64,000 nt of DNA from Callorhinchus milii (taxonomy: Eukaryota): NCBI RefSeq assembly GCF_018977255.1, contig NW_024704742.1, positions 76,696,001-76,760,000 on the forward strand, given 5' to 3'. The translations under genes and the position numbers were made by a program. Below are positions 1-11,600 of this stretch, piece after piece (position 1 is the stretch's first letter; every line of letters begins with the position of its first letter). The notes under the pieces were generated by a model that was given only the letters and a program-made list of their open reading frames with translations, was not told where the DNA came from and made no database searches.

Positions 1-424
1 GTTTGCTATTGTTTCTCCTAGATCTGTTAGAGATGCAGTTTTAGTTTGTTCTGTGCCAGCTAAATTTTCTTCCCTTTTACACGATTCCAATTCAAGAGCA
101 GGATATCATTGGATCAGATGACCACATGGGAAGGTTTTACTGAGAAATTATTCAATTTGTGATGTCTAGAGTGTAACCCACATGGGGAATATACAGTACA
201 TAAGAAATTACTGTGATTTTGACTGATAGACAGATGACAGTCAGAGTCTCTGCTTTAAAATTAATAGATTCAAATTAATTTTGTTTTCTCTGTTTTGCAT
301 TATCAAGGAGTTGAATGTAAAGTGATATAAATTTGATTGTCCCATAAAACTTTAGGTGAAGTTTTTATTTTACTGACACTCCAACTAAAATAAGAGAAGT
401 TTTTAACAAGTGGTTGAAAGCAAT

Positions 425-1694
425 CAACAACAACAAAATTACATTTATAGAGCGCCTTTCATGTCGGGAGGACATCCTAAAGCGCTGAACAGTCAGATGT
501 CAGGGCCCGAGCATGAGGGAGGGGTGATCTAGGGGCGCGGGAAGGCAGAGAGGTGGGAGGGCGACCAAAGGTATGATCGAAGAGAAGGGTCTTGAGACCG
601 GCCTTGAAGGAGGGAAGGGAGGAAACAAGGCTAAGGGACCGTGGGATGGAGTTCTAGAGTGTGGGGGTAGAGAAGTTGAAAGTCCGGCCACCGATGGTAG
701 GGCGGGTCGGGCGGGAGACATGGAGCAGGCTGGAGCCTGCTGAACAGAGGGAGCGGGCAGGTTGGTAGGGAGTAGGCAGGTTAGAGAGATAGGAGGGGGC
801 AAGGCCATGAATGGTTTTGAAAGTGAGGACGAGAATCTTGAATTTGATCCTCTGGGGGATGGGGAGCCAGTGGAGTCGGGAAGTGATGGGGTCGAGGAGC
901 CTGGTGTGCAAGAGTACACGAGCTGCAGAGTTTTGGATGATCTGCAGCTTGTGAAGGGAAGAGTTGGGAAGGCCGATGAGGAGGGAGTTTCCATAATCAA
1001 GCTTTGATATGACGAATGTGTGGGTGAGGGTTTCGGCAGCCTGAGGGGTGAGGCAGTGGTGGAGTCTGGCAATGTTGTGGAGGTGGTGGTAGGCAGTGCC
1101 GGTCATGGCCCAGATGTGGGGGAGAAAGGACAGTTCAGGGTCAAACAAGTTACCCAGATTCCTGACTGACTTTGTGAGGTTGAGTGTGCAGCCGTGGATG
1201 CTGATGCTGCCAGCGCCCGAGGTGCGGAGGCGTTGGCGCGAGCCAATCAGGAGGGCCATGGTTTTGCTGACGATGAGTTGGAGAAAGTAGTCCCTCGTCC
1301 AGGACTTGATGTCGGACAGGCAGTCGGTCAGGACGCCAGTAGTCCTGGAGTTGAGGGTGGAGGCAGAGAGATAGAGTTGGGTGTCATCCGCATACATGTG
1401 GAAGTTGACCTCATGTCCTCAGATGATGTCAGCAAGAGGGAGCATGTAGATGTTGAAGAGGAGTGGGCCAAGGACAGAGCCCTGAGGAACGCCTCACGAG
1501 ATGACCAAAGGAGAAACTTTGTGGAGATGAAGTGGAGACTGTGTGAGAAGTAGGATCTGAACCAGAAAAGTACAGAATCAGGAAGGTTGAGGTGAGAGGA
1601 GAGGCGGTGGTTGAGGATTGAGTGGTTGACAATTATCGAAGCCAGTAGAGAGGTCAAGGAGCACCAGGAGGCGGAGGGAGCCCTGGTCGCAGAT
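425..1694 (-). mobile_element. L2-clade LINE, 5'-truncated (family 1)
   Basis: RT C-half (YADDTQLY...[13 protein letters not shown]), 3' tail ...GAAAGGCGCTCTATAAATGTAATT(TTG)n. Confidence 0.93.
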
Positions 1695-2661
1695 AGACAG
1701 ACAATTGGAATTCATTTCTTGTTTTCAATAAAAATAATTAGCTAAGAACTCATCAACTTGCTGTCTATTCTGTCAGCAGCAGAGCCTTGATCGGTTGGAT
1801 GCCCTTAAATTCTGAGTAGAAGTAATTGTGATATAATTGGGATGACTTTGTTGTCTTTCTGATGTGCTATGTTATGGGTTCCACGTTCTTGACTTGCCAT
1901 TTCTTCGTTGCTATGCTACCAATGTGTCATGGATACAAGAACATTGTCTATATCAATGTGTTACTGATAAGGTTTTCTATAGCTTTGACATGACAAAAGC
2001 AAGACACTCCTTGAAAGCATTGCCCTTTCCAAATTTGCTGTAAAACCTCAGAATTATATTTATTCTAATGCATTACTTGCTGTAATGTTTTGGAACAAAT
2101 ATTGGGGGAGTCGGACGAGTGTAGTAGCTCTTTCAAAGAGCCAGCACAGGCACGAATGACCGAATGGCCTCCTTCTGTGCTGTAAGATTCTATGAATGCA
2201 AACATTTTATTATGGGCAGCTTCAAATACATAAAAATTACTGTGTAGGGGATTATTTTGCATTACTGTAGAACTTTGGTTTTAAACATTTAACAGCTGCA
2301 TTCAGCCAATAACCGTGGCTCACTAGGGCCTAAGAACTTGGTTAGAGCAATGTGATTGACAGGTACAAGCAATTGATGAGTAAGAAGCAATACCAGCTTC
2401 TTGCAGCATTCATTCTCTACTGTTTTCCTTCCTTTTCCCTCACGAGGATGGGCCAATTCGCCTATTGGGGTCAACTTCTTTTAATAAACATGAGGGAGAA
2501 GGAAATAGAAGTGGGGGCTTGTGGGGTGTAGAATAGGATGGGTTGAGGCTCATGTGGATTATAAACAACGGCATGGACTAGATAGGCCAAACGGCCTATT
2601 TTAGTGCTGTAACGTTTTGTGTAATTTGGGGACATTAGTGACTGGTCTTTTTTCTTTGCAG

Positions 2662-2690
2662 CAAAGAACATTATTCTCGCTGGTATCAAG
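2662..2690 (+). CDS. UBA6: UBA6 exon (window exon 1)
   Basis: ttgcag|(A)KNIILAGIK|gtaagc. Confidence 0.93.
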
Positions 2691-5600
2691 GTAAGCTGAA
2701 TCTTCTGTTAGTCACTATTCTCCAGTTACAAATGAGAATAAAGGTTTCAGAAATAATTGCCTCCTTTGGCAGTGCTGAATAGTGCTGAAAGTTTAGTAGA
2801 AGTTAAAGCACTTTTAGAGCTTGTCTTTTATTAATGGGCATGAACAGTTCTCACAAGTAACCACTCATCTGTGTTCTAGAAATGTGCCTTCCTCACACTC
2901 ACTTCTTTTAATATTGATGTCTTTCAGGACCTAACAACTACTCTACATTATAATAATAATGAACCTTGCATTTGATATAGTGCCTTATCACGTCTTCGAG
3001 ATGTATATTTTGTGGGCGACACACGGCATTGTGTATTCTGTGCAGGCTTCTGCTAACACTTTCAGTCTCTGAAAGATTGATGTATTGTAAGCTGACACTG
3101 ACTTTTTTTATCAAATGAACCAAAACAAGTTTATTTACAGGATAGCACAATTAAATACAGAAGAGGATAGAACACAAACCATAGAATAGGAAAACTTAAC
3201 ATATTGAAGAAATCTCGCAAATGAAAGTCAAAAAGTATTTTGATGAGTGAAATTCCTGAATGTGATGAAATTAATTCTTATCTGACCTCATTGTTGTGAT
3301 ACCCTGTTTTAACTGCCCCGGTTCTCTGGAACTCTATCCAGGAGTCCCTCCAACTCATTTCCTCCCTGCCCTTGTTCATGGTATATCTCAAAACATGCCT
3401 CTTGCACTTACTTTCCCCTTCCTCCCCTTCAGCTCGCACTCCTGATTGAGTGCCCATTCAGCATTGCTAAATGTTTTGGGATATGCCCCTGACATGAAAG
3501 GTGCTAAATAAATATATTTAATTCTTTAGCTATCACTTGATTTTTGGGAAGGCAGTGTATGTTGATGTAAATATTTTCTCTTTTGCTAAAGGCGGTGACC
3601 ATTCAAGACACTGTAATATCGCAGACATGGAACCTAGGGACTGCCTTTTTCATAGATGAGGAGGATGTGGCCAACCAAAGAAACAGGTAAGTATTCCATC
3701 AGTACTGACAAACATTTGTTGGTTCATGCACTCTGGAAATGCCAGAGAAAACTGGCACTGAGCCCAAAGCAACATATTTTGCTATATGTGGGGATTAAAT
3801 AGAATGATTCCTTTCCCTATTTAATATTAAAATCTAAATTGTAAATACATCCTAAATCAAATGTAAACACCTTCTAAATGTTGTAGAAAGGTTAAATCTG
3901 TCTAATATTATTGTCATTTTTTATACATTTTGAATGTCTTTTACGAGCGCTGAATTGGACAAACCTCATATTTTTATTATAATAATAATAATAATAATAA
4001 TCGTTGCATTTGATATAGCGCTTTTCACGTCTTATAGACGTCTCAAAGCGCTTCACAGAATATGCTGTAAAGTGAATTGACCATATATTTGTGGGTGAAC
4101 GCGGCAGTCAATTACGCACAGCAGTGTCCCACAAACAGTCGTGGATTGAAAATGACCAATTTATAATTGTTTTTGTTTTTGGAGGGATTATTATTAGGCG
4201 TGTGGAGTAAGGAAACTTGCCCATGGTTTCGCCCTGCCTGGAATTGAACTCAGGTGTCTCGCTTGGAAAGCGAGTGCTCTAAGCACTGAGCTACAGGACT
4301 GCGTATTAATACGATGCTGTACTCATTCTAAAGTTTCAAAAAAAATCAAGCTATTTATGTGAAACATACAGGTCAGAATTATTTTCTTACATCAGCAATC
4401 TATTTTAATTTGCAGAGCTAAAGCTACAATTTCACGCCTGGCAGAGCTGAACCCTTATGTCCAGGTTAATGCATCCACTGTCCCTCTGGATGAAAATACA
4501 GATTTGACCTTTCTACAAAATTATCAGGTGAGAAGATCTAAATGAAAACCTTACCACTATACCTCTATCTCTGTCCCTCATAGATGCTGCAAAGTAACCA
4601 CAGATGCAGTTTTACTTGATATTGACTCTGTATATTTTTTTGCTGATAAGCACTTGCCTGTTCATGTGCAGGATTTACCTTGATTAAAGCATGAATACCC
4701 TCTACAATGTTTGCTGCTGTCCTCACAAGGATATCTGCTGATACCCTTTTCCCCCTAAATCAGCAATAACAATCTTGTTGACATTACAAGCAGCTGCCAG
4801 AGTTTTGATTGACCCTTCAAATTCAGAAAGGGCTGTCAGAGTCTAAAATATGATATTCCAATCTGCGTTTGCAATGTTAATTGCAGTTTAATGATTTTGC
4901 ATTTGGTATAATGCGTTTGATGTCAAGATGACTCAATCAGTTACAGATGTTTAGTGACTGTGCATTTGCAGAGCATGGCATCCACTTTGCGCACCTCAAT
5001 TTCTGACAAAAATTTGTTGATTCATGCACTCTGAAAACAGCCAAGAGGTGAATGACCAAATGATCTGAATGACTAAGAAGCTTTCCGTTTTGATTGCTGT
5101 AATTTTTTTTGGTCAGCTGGGTGTTTGACGAATGCAGAAACTCATCACCATTTTAAGAGTATTCAAACCAAACAGAGTTCCATGTATATATATATATATA
5201 TATATATACCACCAATGCATGGAAATTTCCCTGTTTCTGGGATGGAATGCACACTCACTCCCTGGAGGGATGCATCCTAATCTGCACTGGAGTCTCAGCT
5301 AGACTGTGAGCTCAAATGTAATGTTGTTGACAGATCACTGATCCCAACTCAGGAAAGAAAAGCAGACAAGTTGATTGTTCCAAGCCGTGGCTGCTAAATG
5401 CAGAAACTCTTTCTCCCCCACCTCCTCTCGCCAGAAATTGTAGTGTAATCCAACATTGCATCTTTATTCATAGCAATGTTTTCTCTTTCCTTTCCAGTGT
5501 GTGGTTTTGACAGAGACCCAGCTTTCGCTTCAGAAGAAGATCAATGCCTTTTGCCGTTCGCAAGATCCCCCCATTAAGGTAAAAGCTCTATATTACTGAA

Positions 5601-8600
5601 TTAAAGCCATTCGGGTCCCGTAAATAACCAAGGGTCCTGTAAATAACTGGGTCTGTAAATAACCAAGTACTCTGCTTATTAAGCGCTCTGAGACTCTACC
5701 CTGGGTGTAGGGTGCTATATAAGTGCAAGTTGTTGTTATTCAATGTTAAATTTTCCATCCGGTATGAAAGCCATCTACGCCATACTAAAAAAGAGGACCA
5801 TTTGGCATTATTGTATTATTTCTATCTTCCTTTGTACAATTGTGACGAAAGGAACCTACTTCAATGAAAAAAGTGTTTTTTTCACACAGCAAAATTGGAC
5901 CTTCCTTGGCTTTTAAATAGGAAAGCTATTGTTCTTGCATGAGATTGGGAGAGGGAGTTCATTGAAATTTATTTTGTTGGGTTGCTGTTGCTATAGCTAC
6001 AAATGATGGATGGCGTCCACTTTATACCATGCACTACGGGCTACGTTTCACCTCCCGTAGGCCATGATGCTCTGCTTTCCCCTGAAAGCCCCCTCACCCG
6101 AGCCCCCTCACCCCCGCCCTCCCTCCTCTCTACCCCCAAACCCTCCCCCCTCTGCATCTGTCCTCTCTCTCTGTCCCTCTCGCCTTCTATCCCCACTTGA
6201 CCCTCCTACAACCTCCCTCTGTTCCAGCCTGGGAATCCTCCGCCGAGCCCACCGTGGCACTCGGCGTTGGCTGTCCAGCAGCAGCCACACCGACTGACCC
6301 ATTCCCCACCACACTCGCCAGCCACCCCGGACACAGACCCGGGGAGCCAACCTCTCCTCCCTCATCCCCTTACCCCCCACCCCTGCTTCACAACCTGGAC
6401 TCCCCTCCCCTCCCACACACTCTTCTGTCAACCGCTCTCTCCACATCAGACTACAAAACGTCCGCTCCCTCTGTAACAAGGCCCTGGTCATCAACGATCT
6501 CATCCTTGATGAGAGCGTTGACATCATGGCCTTCACGGAAACCTGGCTCACCTCCTCACAGAGGCCACACCACCCGGCTACACCTTCCACCACATCCCTC
6601 GCCCCAACCGCCGTGGCGGTGGTGTAGCCCTTATCTCAAGGACACCACTTGCTATATCCCCCTACTCCTCTGGCTCTTTCCCCTCTTTCGAGCACCTCAT
6701 CCTCCTTCCTCTCACTCAAAATCCTCCTCCTCTACTGGCCCCCTAAAACCTCTCCCTCCTTCATCTCTGATATTTCAACACTTCTTACATCTCTCTGCCT
6801 CTGCTCTGATCGCCTCATCATCCTGGGTGACTTCAACCTGCACTTCACCCCCTCCTGCTCCATTTCTTCAGACTTCTCTTCCCTGCTCTCCTCGCTCAAC
6901 CTTTCCCTCCACATCAATTCCCCCACTCACAGTCACAGCCACCCACTCGACTTGGTGATCACCCGGGGCCTCAGTGTCTCGGATGTCACTATCACCGACA
7001 AGGCCGTCTCCGACCACCACTTCATCTCCTTCACCACCTCCATCCCCCTCCCCACCTCCACCAGACCCACCACCATCTTCTACCTACCGCTCCACTCTAG
7101 CCTCGGCCAAGTCGTCCTTCTACTCCAGGATAATCCTGGAGGCGAAGAACAACCCCAGGCTACTGTTTTCTAGCACATCCCGACTCCTCCGTCCCCCCCG
7201 CCACCCCGCGCAGGTCATCTCCTCCAACCTTCACTGCAAGGAGATGCTGGATTTCCTTGAATCCAAAATCAAGGGAATTCGCTCCGCGGTCACTTCCCCT
7301 CCAACATCCACCCACCACCCACCCCTTCCCTCCCACACTCCGACTCCTACCCATCCTCCCCTACACACTTTCGTACCCGTTTCCCCACCCTCTGTCACCA
7401 AACTCATCCTATCCCTGAAACCCACCACCTGCTCCCTTGACCCCATCCCCACTCCACTCCTTATCTCCCAGCTCCACCTCCTTGCCCCACATATCACAGA
7501 CATCGTCAACCTGTCCCTCTCCTCTGGCTCTGTTCCCATTCCCTTAAAAACTGCCACCATCACTCCCACCTTGAAAAAACCCTCCCTTGATGCGTCGCAG
7601 CTATCAAGCTACCGGCCCATCTCCAACCTCCCCTTCCTGTCCAAGGTCCTGGAACGAGTTGTCGCCTCCCAGCTGCGCTCTTTCTTCTCCACCCATTCAT
7701 TATTCGAACCCCTTCAGTCGGGTTTCCGTGCTGCCCATAGCACAGAAACTGCCCTGGTCAAGGTCACCAATGACATCCTGACCATCTGTGACCAGGGCTC
7801 CCTCTGCCTCCTCGTCCTCCTCGACCTATCGGCAGCATTCGATACGGTCGACCATGCTATCCTCCTCCACCGCTTGTCCTCCCACCTCAACCTTCAAGGC
7901 CCTGTCCTTGAGTGGTTTAGGTCGTACCTCTCCCACCGTCTTCACTTTGTTTCCACGAACGGCTTTTCCTCCAGCCCCCGCACTGTCTCGTGCGATGTCC
8001 CTCAGGGCTCTGTCCTCGGTCCCCTCCTCTTCACCCTCTATATGCTCCCCCTGTGGTGACATCATCCGCAAACATGGGGTTAACTTCCACATGTATGCGG
8101 ATGACACCCAACTCTACCTTTCCTCCTCTACCCTCAACTCCACGACCACCGATGTCCTGACAGCTGCCTGTCCGACATCGAGTCCTGGACGAGAGACAAC
8201 TTTCTTCAGCTCAACGTGCGTAAAACTGAGGCCCTCCTGATTGGCTCACGTCAGCGCCTCCGCACCTCAGATACTGACAGCATCAGCATCCAAGGCTGCA
8301 CTCTCCACCTCTCAAAGCCAGTCAGGAACCTCGGCGTTTTGTTCGATCCTGAGCTGTCCTTTCTCCCTCATATCCGCACCACAACTGGCACCGCCTTCCA
8401 TCACCACCGGAACATCGCCAGACTACGGCATTACCTCACCCCTCACGCTGCTGAAACTCTGGTCTACGCCTTTATCACCTCAAGGCTGGACTATGGGAAC
8501 TCTCTCCTCGTCGGCCTTCCCGCCACCTCCCTCCACAAGCTGCAGGTCATTCAGAACTCTGCAGCTCGTGTACTGTCCCGCACCAGGCTTCGGGACCACA

Positions 8601-11600
8601 TCACTCCCACCCTCGCTCGCCTCCACTGGCTCCCCATCCCCCAGAGGATCGAATTCAAGATCCTCATCCTCACCTACAAGGCCATTCACGGCCTTGCTCC
8701 CCCCTACCTCTCTGACCTACTATCCCCCTACTTACCTGCCCGTACCCTCCGTTCCTCTGGCTCCGGTCTGCTCCACATCCCCCGCCCCAACCGCCCTACC
8801 ATCGGTGGCCGGGCCTTCAGCCTCTCAGCCCCTAGGCTCTGGAACTCTATCCCCCAGTGCCTTCACCGCCTCCTCCCTTTCCTCCTTCAAGGCCGGTCTC
8901 AAGACCTTTCTCTTCGACCGTGCCTTCAGCTCCCCTCTCGACTCTCTACCCCCTCCTCGCTCCCTCCCTTCACCCTGACCATTTCCCTCCCAATGCTCGG
9001 GTCCTGACCCAACTGTACAGTGCCTTGGGACGTCCTCCTGACGTGAAAGGCGCTCTATAAATGGAATCTTGTTGTTGTTGTTGAAATGCACACTCCATCC
9101 TTTTGTGACCCTCAATTATCCTTTCTACCCCACATTGGTGCCATGACCCGCTTTGCCTTCCCCCACCTCCGCAACATTGCCTGGCTCCACTACTGTCTCA
9201 CACTGCAGGCCGCCGAAATCTTCATACACACATTCATAACATTCAGGCTTGACTATGCAAACTCCCTGCTTGTCGGCCTCCCCATCTCCTCCCTCCATAA
9301 GCTGCAGATATCCAGAACTCTGCAACCCTTTGCCTGACTCCACTGGCTTCTCATTACACAGAGAATACAGTCCAAGATCCTGGTCTTCACCTTCAAAGCC
9401 CTCCATGGCCTCGCTGCCCCCTACCTCTGCGACCTCCTAACCCTCTACCAACCTACCCGCTCACTCTGCTCAGCGGGCTCCAGCCTGCTTTACGTCCCCC
9501 ACCTCACCCGCCCCACCATTGGTGGGCGGGCCTTCCACCACTCTGCCCCCACCCTCTGGAACTCCATCCTGCAGTCCCCCCGCCTTGCCCCCTCCCTTGG
9601 CACCTTCAAGACCCATCTCAAGACCTTCCTCTTTGACTGTGCCTTCGATCAACCTCCTTCCCCCCCTGCCCTCCCCGTCCCAACCCCCAGCTCGGGTCCG
9701 AAACACTGATTGTCCAGCGCTTTGGGACATTCTCCCGAAGTGAAAGGCACTACACAAATGTAATTTTGTTGTTGTTGTTGAAATTTGGAACATCCCTGTG
9801 CACTTGCAGACAAGGCACTGTTGATGATGGACTAGCCATCTTGGCTTATTAGCAGGCCTTGGAGGAGGTCTCTCAGCCCAGCTAATGGGCAGGATCCTCC
9901 CATTAAGGTACAAGCTCTGTATTCCTGAATTAAAGCCATTCGGGTCCTGTAAATAACCAATTACTTTCTTATTTGGATTCTCTTAACCCATCAAGCCATG
10001 GTCCTACAAGAACAACAAGGTTCCATTTATAGAGCGCCTTTCACGTCGGGAGGACATCCCAAGGCCCTGTACAGTTGGGTCAGGACCCGAGCAGGGGGGA
10101 AGTGGTCAGGTTGAGGGGAGGGAAGGGAGGGAGCGAGGAGAGGGTAGAGAGTCGAGAGGGGAGCTGAAGGCACGGTCAAAGAGAAAGGTCTTGAGACCGG
10201 CCTTGAAGGAGTAAAGGGAGGAAGCGGCGAAGGCACTGGGGGATAGAGTTCCAGAGCCCTAATGGTTAGGTTAGGCCTTAATTGAATAAGCAGTCAATGT
10301 TCGCAATGGTTTTAGTTGGTTAAACTCCTGCAGAACCCCAATGTACACTCAGATCCAAGGCATGGCTCTTTCCAACCTCGGTCTAAACTCTCTGGAATGA
10401 GGTACGTAGTGTACATCCTTCCAGTAAGGGAATGCACACTCCATACCAGGCAAATGCAAATCTCAGTTGTTTGTTTTAAATACATTTAAGCATAGAATGG
10501 ACATGTGTGTCAGACACACAACTGACTAAAACAAAATAAAACAAAATACCGTTGAGAATGATGTTGGATGGATCAAAGAGGTTGTGCCTCTGGCTGATCC
10601 AGGAATAGTTGATGTGTAAAATTAGAAATTTAAATAGACTCCAGTATGAACGTGCACATTCCTTGCCTTGTTTTTCATGCCAAGGATTACTGTAGTCCAC
10701 AGAGCTATCTTGGTGAGAGTTTTGATCATGTTTTTTTGCTGCTTCTAGTTCATCAGTGCTGATCTGTATGGAGTCTTCTGCCGTGTCTTCTGTGACTTTG
10801 GGGATCATTTTGAAGTATCTGATTCCAACGGAGAAGAACCAAAGGAAATCTTCATTCACAATATAACCCAGGTATTGCCTGCAGAAAGTGTGCTTGTCCT
10901 TGTGTTGGGCCTGTAATATTGCAAGTTCTCCATCAGCCTCACCTGCAGGTGTAGAAGTAGAAAACGGCAAATGTTGAAAATCTGAAATAAAAATAAGAAA
11001 TTGCAAGAAATGCACAGCAGATATGAACACTGAAGATAAGATAATATTTTGGACCTTCATCGTAATTGAGGAGTCTCTTGTAAAATTAGTAGAATATGTG
11101 AACTTCTGACTTCCTTACAACCATGGAAATGTATTGTACTTATATTGCTTATACCTTCGGATGATATACTCTTGCTGAGGTGCCAGCAACTAGAATGCTA
11201 AAGATTTTTGTATGAGCCTCATGGACTTATCCACCAGGAATAGATTTAAAGTAAATTATGCCATTCACTCCCCTCCATAACTCTGTCTATCCCTCCAAAA
11301 ATGTTGGTGAGGTTAGGAGATGCATAGACCTCCTGTTCACATGATATGAATGTTTCATCTTAATTTAACAACAACTTGTATTTGTATAACATCTTTTACA
11401 CGGGGCAGCGTCTTGGAGTGATAACCGTACTTATTACAGGCAATAATAAGCCATTTGGCCGTGAAGCCATTAAAATTCCATTTAGACGCCCACAAAGGAT
11501 ATTGTGCAGAAGCTTTTTGAATATGATATTTATGACATGAGTGAAGGACACCACATAGCAAATGAGCAGTTACTGAAGTCTGTTTTTACAGGTTAGTTGT

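Noticed and set aside
500..1072. Pro/Ser-rich ORFs (190 aa here; also 6197-6958, 8241-8978, 26375-26968)
   Set aside because: Alternate-frame or antisense shadows of C-rich L2 sequence
1..2661. Search for the upstream UBA6 exon (expected ...SGMGGLGLEI)
   Set aside because: No matching frame found; the 5' exons and promoter lie outside the window
6974..9007. Long RT ORFs (361 aa and 263 aa) as a domesticated gene or active retroelement
   Set aside because: Frameshifts and an internal deletion split ORF2; many similar decayed copies lie nearby
10476..11060. 194-aa minus-strand ORF
   Set aside because: Antisense to UBA6 exon 5 plus intron and repeat sequence; no recognisable domain
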